Positions 42,173-51,921 of a stretch of DNA of 64,000 nucleotides are shown here, piece after piece; position 1 is the first letter of the stretch; every line of letters starts with the position of its first letter. The notes beneath the pieces are model-generated. The model saw only the letters and a program-made list of their open reading frames with translations, was not told the DNA's origin and did not search any database. Source of the DNA: Alteromonadaceae bacterium (GTDB lineage Bacteria; Pseudomonadota; Gammaproteobacteria; Enterobacterales; Alteromonadaceae); assembly GCA_042091475.1 (NCBI GenBank), contig JBELHI010000002.1:606-64605 (forward strand), given 5' to 3'. The position numbers were made by a program, and so were the translations under genes.

Positions 42173-43894
42173 ATGTTTTCAGTCAACGAAATGATCAGCG
42201 AGAATTATCCTCAACTAGAGCAAAAACCGTGGCGATATAAGTTACTCACCGGGATATTGAGAAGTCTACTTAATGAGAAAGAGTTCATTGAGTTTGACGA
42301 ACTTTACCCTCATCTCGAAGGAGTAGATTTTGTTGAACAGGTGCTGGACTATTTTGACTTTTCCTACTCAGTTAGGGACAGAGAACGCGTTAATATCCCC
42401 AATGAAGGACGTGTTGTCATCATTGCAAATCATCCCCTAGGCTCATTAGATGGCCTTGCTCTGTTGAAAATGGTCAGCGAAACCAGACCGGACGTCAAAG
42501 TTGTCGCGAATCAGATGCTAATGGCACTAAAACCCCTTCATTCCATGTTGCTACCAGTCAATAATATGCAGGGCGGTACACCGAAAAAAAATATTGAAAA
42601 TATGAACAAGTACCTTACCGAACAGGAAGGCGCTGTGATTATATTTCCATCTGGTGAGGTATCGCGTATTCACCCTTCTGGGGTCAAAGATTCTAAATGG
42701 CATCGCGGGTTCTTACGCATGGCAAAAACAACAGAATCACCGATCGTTCCTATTTTTATGGATGGAACAAACTCTCCCCTGTTTTATGGCTTATCCATGC
42801 TATTTAAGCCTCTTGGCACCGCACTATTAGTCAAGGAGATGTTCAAACAACGCAGTAAGAATTTACCTATCCGTATTGGCGAAATGATCCCACCCTCTTC
42901 ATTTAATAATTTACCCATCTCACTGGAGCAACAAATAAAATTGTTTAAGCGCGATTTGTATACCCTTAAAAAAGGTAGAAAACGTGTCTTTACCACACAA
43001 AAACCTATTGCGTTACCAGAAGAGCGCAAAGCCCTCTCAAAAGCCATCGAAAATGACTGCACACTTTTGGGGCTAACGCCTGATAATAAAAAAATACTCC
43101 AGTACAAACATACCGGCAGTTCACCTATCATGCGCGAGATTGGCCGTTTACGAGAAATCGCGTTCAGGGCAGTCGGTGAAGGAACAGAAAAAAGACGAGA
43201 TACGGACAAACACGATGCATCATACTTTCACCTGATCTTGTGGGATGAAAAGGAACTTGAAATTGTTGGCGCTTACCGCATTGGTGACGCGACACAAGTA
43301 GCCACCAGTGAGGATTTTGGTCATTTGTACAGTGCTAGCTTATTTGACTACCAGCCAGAAATGGCCCAGTACTTTGCCCAAGGGCTTGAATTGGGTAGAA
43401 GCTTTATTCAACCCAAGTATTGGGGCAAACGGGCTTTGGATTATCTGTGGATGGGAATAGGTGCTTTCATAGAAGCAAATCAACAATACCGATACCTATT
43501 TGGCCCTGTGAGTTTGAGTAACAATTACCCAGATGCTGCCAAACAATTGCTTGTGAGTTTTTATCAAAGTTATTTTCCCTCAACGGAACATCTGGCAGAG
43601 GCAAAGCACCCAGTCAATTTTCCCGTGTCTCTAGGCGACACATTTAATGGCAAAGACTTCCAACAAGATTTTACCCTGCTTAAACAGCTACTCAGCGATA
43701 TGGGATATACAGTGCCAACCCTATTCAAACAATATTCAGACCTTTGCGAAGATGATGGGGTTAAATACCTTGCTTTCAGTATTGATCCTGATTTCAACGA
43801 TTGTATTGATGGACTGGTATTCGTTGACCTAGGTAAATTGAAAGCAAAGAAACACGCTCGATATATGCCTAAATATCAAGTTCAAGAACGATAA
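42173..43894 (+). CDS. two-domain acyltransferase: N-terminal PlsC-like O-acyltransferase plus C-terminal OlsB/GNAT-like N-acyltransferase (OlsF-like aminolipid synthase)
   Basis: N-terminal domain: VVIIANHPLGSLDG and IFPSGEVSR motifs. C-terminal domain: RLREIAFRAVGEGTEKRRDTDKHDASYFHLILWD...IVGAYRIG, which resembles the OlsB / putative-hemolysin N-acyltransferase family. Confidence 0.65.
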   Translation: MFSVNEMISENYPQLEQKPWRYKLLTGILRSLLNEKEFIEFDELYPHLEGVDFVEQVLDYFDFSYSVRDRERVNIPNEGRVVIIANHPLGSLDGLALLKMVSETRPDVKVVANQMLMALKPLHSMLLPVNNMQGGTPKKNIENMNKYLTEQEGAVIIFPSGEVSRIHPSGVKDSKWHRGFLRMAKTTESPIVPIFMDGTNSPLFYGLSMLFKPLGTALLVKEMFKQRSKNLPIRIGEMIPPSSFNNLPISLEQQIKLFKRDLYTLKKGRKRVFTTQKPIALPEERKALSKAIENDCTLLGLTPDNKKILQYKHTGSSPIMREIGRLREIAFRAVGEGTEKRRDTDKHDASYFHLILWDEKELEIVGAYRIGDATQVATSEDFGHLYSASLFDYQPEMAQYFAQGLELGRSFIQPKYWGKRALDYLWMGIGAFIEANQQYRYLFGPVSLSNNYPDAAKQLLVSFYQSYFPSTEHLAEAKHPVNFPVSLGDTFNGKDFQQDFTLLKQLLSDMGYTVPTLFKQYSDLCEDDGVKYLAFSIDPDFNDCIDGLVFVDLGKLKAKKHARYMPKYQVQER

Positions 43895-44124
43895 AGGCTG
43901 ACAGTATAAAAATACACTTTTATAGGCTTTCCAACCTCCCTTGCCATAGTTAACACAGGCAAGGGAGCCTGCAATCTCACTAACAAATAATCGCTATTTT
44001 TGTCGAACATTTATTATGATCCCCGTTTAAAAAATCTGACTTCCAGATTTATACAGTAAATCAATGGAATATAACAAAGACCCATGTATGATTAGGCATT
44101 AGGATTCATAAAGGATAAACCGCC

Positions 44125-44298
44125 ATGATTAAATTTATTGTGTTAATACCACTCACCCTATGCCTTTTGTGGGTAGTCTATTTGAAGCAATTCGGCTATA
44201 CCTTAGAACAAGGTAAGCGAGGTTTTCTTTATATATTTATCTTTACATCCACCATCGCTATTTTTTATAGCTTGCTGTTGTGGTTGACCCATCTGTAG
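44125..44298 (+). CDS. small 2-TM membrane protein (57 aa), not in ORF track
   Basis: ATG at 44125 lies 9 nt after AAGGA. MIKFIVLIPLTLCLLWVVYLKQFGYTLEQGKRGFLYIFIFTSTIAIFYSLLLWLTHL-stop. Followed by the terminator at 44354. Confidence 0.4.
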   Translation: MIKFIVLIPLTLCLLWVVYLKQFGYTLEQGKRGFLYIFIFTSTIAIFYSLLLWLTHL

Positions 44299-44353
44299 AG
44301 AATCATCATTTAATCCATCGAGTGTCGTGACATAGTCGATGGCTCTAAACCAT

Positions 44354-44384
44354 AAAAAACGCGCTACCAGGTAGCGCGTTTTTT
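44354..44384. terminator. bidirectional rho-independent terminator (small ORF / oadB)
   Basis: AAAAAACGCGCTAC-cag-GTAGCGCGTTTTTT. Confidence 0.75.
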
Positions 44385-44409
44385 ATGCTTGATTTAAAGC
44401 ACACAAGCT

Positions 44410-45543
44410 TTAACCGCCAACTAACGCCAACAATATACCGGCAGCCACCGCAGAGCCCAGCACACCCGCCACATTAGGGCCCATCGCGTGCATCAGAAGG
44501 AAGTTATGAGGATTAGCCTCTAGACCTACCTTATTAGCAACACGTGCTGCCATAGGCACCGCAGAAACGCCTGCAGCACCTATCAGCGGGTTGAGACCTC
44601 CGCCACTGATGCGGTTCATTAATTTAGCCATGAGTACGCCTGCTGCAGTACCAATACCAAATGCTACAGCGCCCAAACCAAGGATACCTAGGGTTTTTAC
44701 CGTTAGAAATTCATCCGCTGATAGTTTTGAGCCTACCGCGAGACCAAGGAAAATAGTCACAACGTTGATTAATTCGTTTTGCGCCGAATTACTCAACCTG
44801 TCTACCACACCACATTCACGCATCAGATTACCCAAACAGAACATACCAACCAGCGGTGTAGCCGTTGGTAAGAACAATAATGTTAGGAATAACACCGCTA
44901 ACGGAAATACAATTTTTTCTCGTTTAGTCACAACTCGCAATTGTTTCATTTCAATTGCACGTTCTTCAGGTGTGGTTAATGCTTTCATGATTGGCGGTTG
45001 AATAATAGGAACCAGTGCCATGTAAGAGTATGCAGCTACCGCAATGGCGCCCAATAACTCAGGCGCCAACTTGGAGGCTAAGAAAATAGCTGTTGGACCA
45101 TCTGCACCACCAATAATTGCAATGGCTGCAGCGTCTGACATGGAAAATTCTAAGCCAGGTACTGCATTTAATGCGATAGCGCCAAACAAGGTAGCAAAAA
45201 TACCAAATTGTGCAGCCGCCCCCAGTAACAACATACGAGGATTTGCAATTAGCGCACTAAAATCAGTGAGCGCACCTACCCCCATAAAAATCAATAATGG
45301 AAAGACGCCAGATTTGATACCCACATCATAAACTAAGTACAGTAAACCACCGGGTTCACTAAACCCAGCGAGGGGGATATTAGTAAGAATTGCTCCAAAG
45401 CCAATAGGTAACAACAACAAAGGCTCAAATTTGCGGACTATCGCCAAATACAGTAGAAGCGCTCCCACTGCCATCATTATTATTTGCTTTAGCTCAAAAT
45501 TCGCCAGAGCCGTGGTCTGCCATAAGGTATAAAATTTTTCCAT
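44410..45543 (-). CDS. oadB: oxaloacetate decarboxylase (Na+ pump) beta subunit
   Basis: 377 aa, polytopic. Immediately downstream of oadA. Confidence 0.9.
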   Translation of the reverse strand: MEKFYTLWQTTALANFELKQIIMMAVGALLLYLAIVRKFEPLLLLPIGFGAILTNIPLAGFSEPGGLLYLVYDVGIKSGVFPLLIFMGVGALTDFSALIANPRMLLLGAAAQFGIFATLFGAIALNAVPGLEFSMSDAAAIAIIGGADGPTAIFLASKLAPELLGAIAVAAYSYMALVPIIQPPIMKALTTPEERAIEMKQLRVVTKREKIVFPLAVLFLTLLFLPTATPLVGMFCLGNLMRECGVVDRLSNSAQNELINVVTIFLGLAVGSKLSADEFLTVKTLGILGLGAVAFGIGTAAGVLMAKLMNRISGGGLNPLIGAAGVSAVPMAARVANKVGLEANPHNFLLMHAMGPNVAGVLGSAVAAGILLALVGG

Positions 45544-45548
45544 CGTAA

Positions 45549-47318
45549 TTACCCTATAACCATAACAGCTTGGCCAACGGTAACACTGTCACCCTCAGAC
45601 ACGTCAAGTGCAGTGATAACACCGGATGTTGCGGCTCTGACTTCAGTTTCCATTTTCATGGCTTCCATAATCATCACTACATCACCCTCAGACACGGCGC
45701 TGCCCACACGAACGTTTAACTTAAATACGTTACCCGCCAGCGGCGCTTTTAAGTCCGTTCCAACACCAGATACTGGCGCGGCGACGCTCGCACTTCCATT
45801 GACGGCTTGGCCATTAACTGACGTTAATGCACCACAAGGGCCAACCTCAACGTCATACACTCGACCTTCTACCTTAACAGAATAACTTTCCACTTTACCT
45901 GAACCAGTTGACGTCTGTTGCGCACCATCAGCAGATGGTATCGGCTCAAACGCGTCCGGATTATTTCTATTCTGTAAGAATTTCAAACCAATTTGAGGGA
46001 ATAACGCATAGGTCAATACGTCATCAATTTTATCACCCTCAATGTTCAAATCATGCTCAGCGACTAGTTCATCAAAGGTATTAGTCAGGGTATCGACCTC
46101 ATCGTCCAATACATCCGCCGGACGACAGGTGATTGCTTCAGCGCCATCCAATACTCGGGTTTGTAAATCTGCATCTACTGGTGCTGCGGTCGCACCGTAC
46201 TCACCTTTCAACACCCCGGCGGTTTCTTTGGTAATAGTCTTATAACGTTCACCAGACAGCACGTTTATCACGGCCTGAGTACCAACAATTTGAGAAGTGG
46301 GTGTTACTAGCGGTATATAACCGAGATCTTGACGTACTCTGGGGATCTCTTTTAATACTTCATCAAGCCTATCAGCAGCGCCTTGCTCCTTGAGTTGACT
46401 TTCCATGTTAGTCAACATACCACCAGGTACTTGTGCCAACAAAATGCGCGCATCAACACCTTTTAAGCTGCCTTCAAATTGAGCATATTTTTTACGCACA
46501 TCTCTAAAGTATGCGGATATTTCTTCCAAGTGAGTCAAATCCAAGCCAGTATCACGCTGCGTACCTTCCACGATAGCAACCAACGTCTCGGTAGCACTGT
46601 GGCCATAGGTCATACTCATTGAAGACACCGCACTATCAAGGATATCAATACCCGCATCAATGGCCTTCTGATAAGTTGCTGTACTTAAACCTGTGGTTGC
46701 ATGACACTGCATGGCTAATGGCAAATCAACTTTTTCCTTTATACGAGTAACTAACTCCTCACACTCATAAGGTTTTAATAGACCCGCCATATCTTTAATA
46801 CAGATTGAATGCGCGCCTAAGTCGCGCAATTCTTGTGCCATATCAACCCACAGTTGCATGGTATGCACAGGACTCACGGTATAAGATAAGGTTGCTTGAG
46901 CGTGAGCACCAACATCAACCGCAGCACTCACCGCAGTTTTCAAATTGCGCACGTCATTCATAGCATCAAAAATACGGAATACATCGACGCCATTGGTATG
47001 GGCGCGCTCGACAAATTTACGTACAACGTCATCAGCATAATGTCGGTAACCCAATAGATTTTGACCTCTTAGCAACATCTGCTGAGGCGTTTTTGGCATG
47101 GCTTTTTTCAACTCGCGAATGCGATGCCAAGGGTCTTCACCAAGGTAACGAATACATGAATCAAACGTAGCACCGCCCCAAGACTCTATAGACCAGTAGC
47201 CCACATCATCTAATTTCGCAGCAATGGGCAACATATCATCCAAACGCATGCGGGTGGCCAAAAGTGACTGATGAGCGTCACGCAATACCAATTCAGTAAT
47301 TGCTAAAGGTTTAGACAT
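45549..47318 (-). CDS. oadA: oxaloacetate decarboxylase alpha subunit (carboxyltransferase plus biotinyl domain)
   Basis: 589 aa. [11 protein letters not shown]-barrel N-terminus. C-terminal biotin attachment motif EAMKMETE. Confidence 0.92.
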   Translation of the reverse strand: MSKPLAITELVLRDAHQSLLATRMRLDDMLPIAAKLDDVGYWSIESWGGATFDSCIRYLGEDPWHRIRELKKAMPKTPQQMLLRGQNLLGYRHYADDVVRKFVERAHTNGVDVFRIFDAMNDVRNLKTAVSAAVDVGAHAQATLSYTVSPVHTMQLWVDMAQELRDLGAHSICIKDMAGLLKPYECEELVTRIKEKVDLPLAMQCHATTGLSTATYQKAIDAGIDILDSAVSSMSMTYGHSATETLVAIVEGTQRDTGLDLTHLEEISAYFRDVRKKYAQFEGSLKGVDARILLAQVPGGMLTNMESQLKEQGAADRLDEVLKEIPRVRQDLGYIPLVTPTSQIVGTQAVINVLSGERYKTITKETAGVLKGEYGATAAPVDADLQTRVLDGAEAITCRPADVLDDEVDTLTNTFDELVAEHDLNIEGDKIDDVLTYALFPQIGLKFLQNRNNPDAFEPIPSADGAQQTSTGSGKVESYSVKVEGRVYDVEVGPCGALTSVNGQAVNGSASVAAPVSGVGTDLKAPLAGNVFKLNVRVGSAVSEGDVVMIMEAMKMETEVRAATSGVITALDVSEGDSVTVGQAVMVIG

Positions 47319-47335
47319 TGTGTTTTCCTTTCTAA

Positions 47336-47581
47336 TTAATTTGCGGCGCGATATTGTTTAACAGCTTTTGTTATAACCGCTAACACATCTTGAGAAACCG
47401 GTTGAATCGGCTGTGAACCAAGGGTTTCATTAACAGGTGACGGCTCAGGGAATTTACTACAGAGCCACGAAATCACGTGAATAGAACCAATGAGAAGACT
47501 CAAAAACATAAAGACTACAACCATGCCTACGCCCAGTAGGACAGACGCTTCTGCAAGTGCAGATGTAATGTTGGTATCCAT
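47336..47581 (-). CDS. oadG: oxaloacetate decarboxylase gamma subunit
   Basis: 81 aa with a single N-terminal TM ([16 protein letters not shown]). First gene of the oadGAB order. Confidence 0.75.
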   Translation of the reverse strand: MDTNITSALAEASVLLGVGMVVVFMFLSLLIGSIHVISWLCSKFPEPSPVNETLGSQPIQPVSQDVLAVITKAVKQYRAAN

Positions 47582-48059
47582 AGATAACCCCTTACACTCA
47601 ATTTATTTGACCGAAATTTTTACCATGATAGCCGAAAAAAAACAACCAAAAACCCCTCTAGAGAGCGTCACAAGGTTACTTTTTATGCATAAAATATAAA
47701 TATTTAAGCAGATTAAACACAATAAATACATAACCGCAACACGATATTAACACATTAATTTATTGAAAATATTTGGAGGAATGGCTGATATAAGCAATTA
47801 ATAATGCTTAATTGCAGCCCGCATTGTGATTAATGAGGTACCAACGGCATGTATAGCCAGCGACGCCGTCCCACCACTTAATCACTTATCAGTAAAACTA
47901 TCACCATTACAGTAAAAAAAATCAGTAATAAATTGATTTTTATGCTGGATAGTCAGTACTTATGCATAATTTTTATATACTAATTATATGTAAAATATAC
48001 TTATTTTAGGTCCTTGTATTACTTTAGGCTTGTAGCTCCCTCCGTCAGCTCAATTTGTC

Positions 48060-48458
48060 ATGTCTACGGAGATGACCTCAAGGGATCCTGAATATGGCCA
48101 CAATACTGACAAGCCCGTTGCACTCGCCGATTTTCTTATAGGCACTAAAAACCAGGGTGCACATCTGGAATGTTTTGAAGGACTTACGGGCCCAAACGGC
48201 GAACACGTAACGGTAACACGCCTGGGTAGTTGTTGTTCATTTGTCGATCCAGCATTGCCCCTCGGCGGTGGCTTATTAGATAGGTATAAGTTAACTTACA
48301 AGGGTATTAAAAAACTGTCGTTATTTATGTCAATTTGTATGGGTTTGAGCAGTTGCTGGCACCCGTTGGTTTTAGCCTGCTTTAAATCCCTAGTTCCAAC
48401 AATGAAATACCTGCCTCAATACCACAGTCAAAGGCGGGTAGGTTTAATGTCCTATTAA
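48060..48458 (+). pseudogene. hypothetical protein, possibly frameshifted at an A6 tract (48309-48314)
   Basis: The N-terminal 84 aa look protein-like (GSCCSFVDPALPLGGGLLDRYKLTYKG). After ATTAAAAAACTG the frame turns Cys/Trp-rich. The +1 frame instead reads TVVIYVNLYGFEQLLAPVGFSLL-stop (stop at 48392-48394). Confidence 0.3.
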
Positions 48459-48510
48459 ATATCCAACAAGCCCAGCGATACGCTAAATGTCACTTAATTG
48501 TCAGTGGAGA

Positions 48511-50643
48511 TTAAAACTTAAAGCGGTTAACGTTTTCTATTAGTTCTTGACTGCCCTTATGCAATTGAGATGATGCAGCTCCGAGGGAGCCCATGGTATC
48601 AACAGCATTTGATACATCGCTACCCATTGCAGTCACGTCAACAGACATATTCTGGGTTAGCTGAGCTTGCTCCTCGGCGGCAGCGGCAATCACTGACGTC
48701 ATGTCAGTAATGGTGGACATTGAAGTAATAATTTCGGATAAGTTGTCATTTGTGTTATTCACCAATTTCAGGGTGGAAGCTGACATGTCACCGCCCTTGT
48801 GCATCGCATTAACTGCACTTTCTGAGCCCTTCTGTATTTCGGTCACTATCCCTTTAGTTTGCTCTACAGCTTGCTGGGTATTGGCTGCTAAGGTGCGAAC
48901 TTCATCAGCAACAACGGCAAAACCTCTCCCTTGTTCGCCCGCTCTTGCAGCTTCGATGGCGGCGTTTAGCGCCAGTAAATTTGTTTGATCTGCGATAGCC
49001 TGAATACTGCTCAAAATGTCGTGGATCTGTTCAATATTACTGTTCAAGCTTTCAATCACATGAGTCGCGACTTTAACCTCTTTGTTAACTTGATTGATTG
49101 CCCCTACTAAGCCTTGCATACTGTTTTGACTATCTTGTGCTCGTGTATTGGTTGTTTGAGTAATACTAGCAACATTCTGAATATTCTCTGTTACCTCAGC
49201 AGATGCTTGAGACATATGTTTAGACTCTTCGATAATACGAGAAAGGGTTAACTTATTTTCTGATAATAACCTGCCACATGACTGGACCATCTCTTCGTTC
49301 TTAGTTGATGAATGACTGACGTCCGTCGCTACATCATTTATGTTCCTCACCATCTCAGCCAAATTATCAATAAACAAATTCAACCAGTGCGCTAATTCTG
49401 CACTTTCATCCTGACTATCAACCTGTATGTGACAAGTTAAATCACCTTCTCCTTTAGCCATGTTTTGCGCCACATCTCGAATACTCTGAATGGGTTTAAC
49501 AATTCGTCGCCCCAAAAGATATGCAATATAAAATGCAATCAACCCCATACCAACACTGAGTAATAACAAATATTGGGTATTTTCATTTGCCACTTGTTTT
49601 ATATCAGCGGTCAAGGCATTGGCAGTTTGCTGAATAATTGCGTTGGGCACTCGAACGACAAAGTACCATTGGGTATTTACATCAGCAATTTGAGTACGGG
49701 TGAATACTTCAGTCATGGTATCAGTTTGGTTAATGTATACCGAATCTTTGCTCTGTGTGGCTGTTGCAAAGGTTTTGGCGGCACTGAGCTGTGTGTCAGC
49801 TAAAGAACTGCCGACCTCAAATGAATCTTCGCTATCACCAATAACACTGCCTGTACTGCTCACCAGTATGACCTGGCCTTTGCCGCCAAATAATGCTTGA
49901 TCACTTTTTCGCAACATTTCACCGACAAAATTAACATCAAAATCAACGCCCACTGAACCAATGAAACCTTGGCTTGAGATAATAGGTACAGTAATGGTTG
50001 TAAGTAGGTAGGTGATGCCATTTAGCGGAAAAGAATCAGGATCAATTAAGCAAGCTGCTCTGGTCTGTTTTGGACACGTGAAATAACCATTTTTGCTGTT
50101 GTCTGTGAGAGAATTTACCCAGTCTAGCTTGACCTCTGAATTGTCATAATACCAATAAGGCGCTACTCGCCCATTGCTTAGCATTCCTCGCGCAAGATTT
50201 TTGTCACCTGGTGCAGCAAAGTTAAAATCTGGTCCAAAGCTATCCTCTATCATGGGTGTCATAATACCCATATAGTCGGGATGATTGACCAACACATTTC
50301 TTAATTTTATTTTCACCTCTTCACGGGCTTGGGAGGCAGTCATACCATATTGTTGATAGCGGTCATGGAATAATGCGATATCAGCGGCAAACGTCTGGGC
50401 AACCTTGAGAGCACTTTCCACACTATTCGCTACCACTTCAGCCTGCACGAGCGACTGCGCTTGGATCAAGGATCGTCCATTATCTAATAACGCTTTAGCC
50501 GTTTTTTGTTGTACATTTTCAGTGATTTTAGCCATGTTAAGATTGGTCACAATTGCCACCGCAATGACCAGCATCACAATCACACCTAAAACGGTAGATA
50601 TAATTTTGCTACTGATTTTTTTCGAAACTAATTGGCTTATCAT
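48511..50643 (-). CDS. methyl-accepting chemotaxis protein with Cache-like periplasmic sensor
   Basis: ATG at 50643 follows [40 protein letters not shown]. Periplasmic domain of about 330 aa between two TM segments. Confidence 0.9.
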   Translation of the reverse strand: MISQLVSKKISSKIISTVLGVIVMLVIAVAIVTNLNMAKITENVQQKTAKALLDNGRSLIQAQSLVQAEVVANSVESALKVAQTFAADIALFHDRYQQYGMTASQAREEVKIKLRNVLVNHPDYMGIMTPMIEDSFGPDFNFAAPGDKNLARGMLSNGRVAPYWYYDNSEVKLDWVNSLTDNSKNGYFTCPKQTRAACLIDPDSFPLNGITYLLTTITVPIISSQGFIGSVGVDFDVNFVGEMLRKSDQALFGGKGQVILVSSTGSVIGDSEDSFEVGSSLADTQLSAAKTFATATQSKDSVYINQTDTMTEVFTRTQIADVNTQWYFVVRVPNAIIQQTANALTADIKQVANENTQYLLLLSVGMGLIAFYIAYLLGRRIVKPIQSIRDVAQNMAKGEGDLTCHIQVDSQDESAELAHWLNLFIDNLAEMVRNINDVATDVSHSSTKNEEMVQSCGRLLSENKLTLSRIIEESKHMSQASAEVTENIQNVASITQTTNTRAQDSQNSMQGLVGAINQVNKEVKVATHVIESLNSNIEQIHDILSSIQAIADQTNLLALNAAIEAARAGEQGRGFAVVADEVRTLAANTQQAVEQTKGIVTEIQKGSESAVNAMHKGGDMSASTLKLVNNTNDNLSEIITSMSTITDMTSVIAAAAEEQAQLTQNMSVDVTAMGSDVSNAVDTMGSLGAASSQLHKGSQELIENVNRFKF

Positions 50644-50834
50644 CAACGCCTCCAAACGGCTACAGCGAACATAAAAAAAGCGCCATAATGTGGCGCTATA
50701 ATATAGAGCTATGAATCTCTGATTAGTATATGCCAAAGAAGCCCAACCACAAAATTTTATGAAGTATAAAAATCTACCGTAACGGGTCGGCTAGGTGCCG
50801 CGATGACAGCTAAAACAAGCTATTAGTCAATTAA

Positions 50835-51602
50835 TTAAAACATGCGTGAAAATATTAACATTGAGCTAATACCGCTATTACCTGACACTAATGGGCTGTC
50901 AACGATAGCATCGTCATACTGATTGTAAGTCAAGCTCAGGCGCGTCAGCCCGTTAAATAATACCGGGGTCATGAAAGAAAACCCAATGGCTTTGTTTAGC
51001 GCTGCGTCGGCTCTATAAGCCACTCGTTGACTGGTCGCCTCCGATGACCTAACACCATAATAGTAGTCTACCAAGCTCTGATCCTGTAAAGATAAGCTTA
51101 CAGAAGGTTCAAAAAAGAACGGACCGTAACGGAACACCTTACTCGCTGACAGGGTACTCTCCGAGCCTTTGGAGTGACCTAGTACATCTCCGACAGCAGA
51201 TAAAGATAGTCGTAGGTCTTGCCACTCGTAGCGTAGCCCTAAGCCAACATCAAGAGATGTCTTTCGGGGAGCCATACCAGCAAAGGTGGGGCTATCCTGC
51301 TCATCAAAACTACCAAACCTCGGTGACAACCTAGCATTCAAGCTCCAACCTTCTGATGACGTTAAATCGTAGGTCACAAATGGCCCAAACACCTGCAGAC
51401 GCTCACCGCGATAACCTACAAAAGGGATTAGCATGGAGCGAGTTTCAAACCCTTTATACAATTGCTCCGAAACGTTAACTGCACCACCATAAACCCATCC
51501 AAAAGGATCAACCGCATCGCGTGACGTCCCCCGATCGGCAAATGTTGACGTGCTGATGAGTGCCATGAAAGCTAAACAGCTGTTTAATAATCCTGTTTTC
51601 AT
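50835..51602 (-). CDS. MipA/OmpV family outer-membrane protein
   Basis: ATG at 51602. Signal peptide MKTGLLNSCLAFMALISTSTFA. Beta-strand-rich sequence that ends in F. Confidence 0.72.
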   Translation of the reverse strand: MKTGLLNSCLAFMALISTSTFADRGTSRDAVDPFGWVYGGAVNVSEQLYKGFETRSMLIPFVGYRGERLQVFGPFVTYDLTSSEGWSLNARLSPRFGSFDEQDSPTFAGMAPRKTSLDVGLGLRYEWQDLRLSLSAVGDVLGHSKGSESTLSASKVFRYGPFFFEPSVSLSLQDQSLVDYYYGVRSSEATSQRVAYRADAALNKAIGFSFMTPVLFNGLTRLSLTYNQYDDAIVDSPLVSGNSGISSMLIFSRMF

Positions 51603-51921
51603 AAATATCCCTTGTAGTGATGACCTATTGGTACGCATCAATCTTAAAACGGTTTAAATTAATATTTCATACGTGCACTTGTCGTCTTTGTTATCCTAGG
51701 GAGCTTACCAAATAGAATCCAATATTACTTCGCTACCTGCTATTCAAATTACCGCCAAGTATATAGAGCTTTATAAACAAACTTTGAATGATTGGCGTTC
51801 CCTCGTTTGTGCATAATACGCAACCATAAAATGCTGTTATCTGCAATCAAGGTACGCAGAAACATTGCACCAGATTGACAATCCTTTATAGTAAAGTGTC
51901 TATAAGCTCGGAGCACAACGA

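Noticed and set aside
44040-44124. Cluster of GGA/AGGA motifs (tggaat, aggcat, aggatt, aaggat) that briefly suggested a CsrB-like sRNA.
   Set aside because: There are only 3-4 motifs and none sits in a hairpin loop. The last one is simply the SD of the 57-codon ORF.
7032-50736. Three MCP genes (7032, 15176, 48511) as a possible duplicated repeat family or recombination substrate.
   Set aside because: Similarity is confined to the conserved signalling domain at the protein level. The DNA sequences have diverged at synonymous sites and the sensor domains are unrelated. These are ordinary paralogues.
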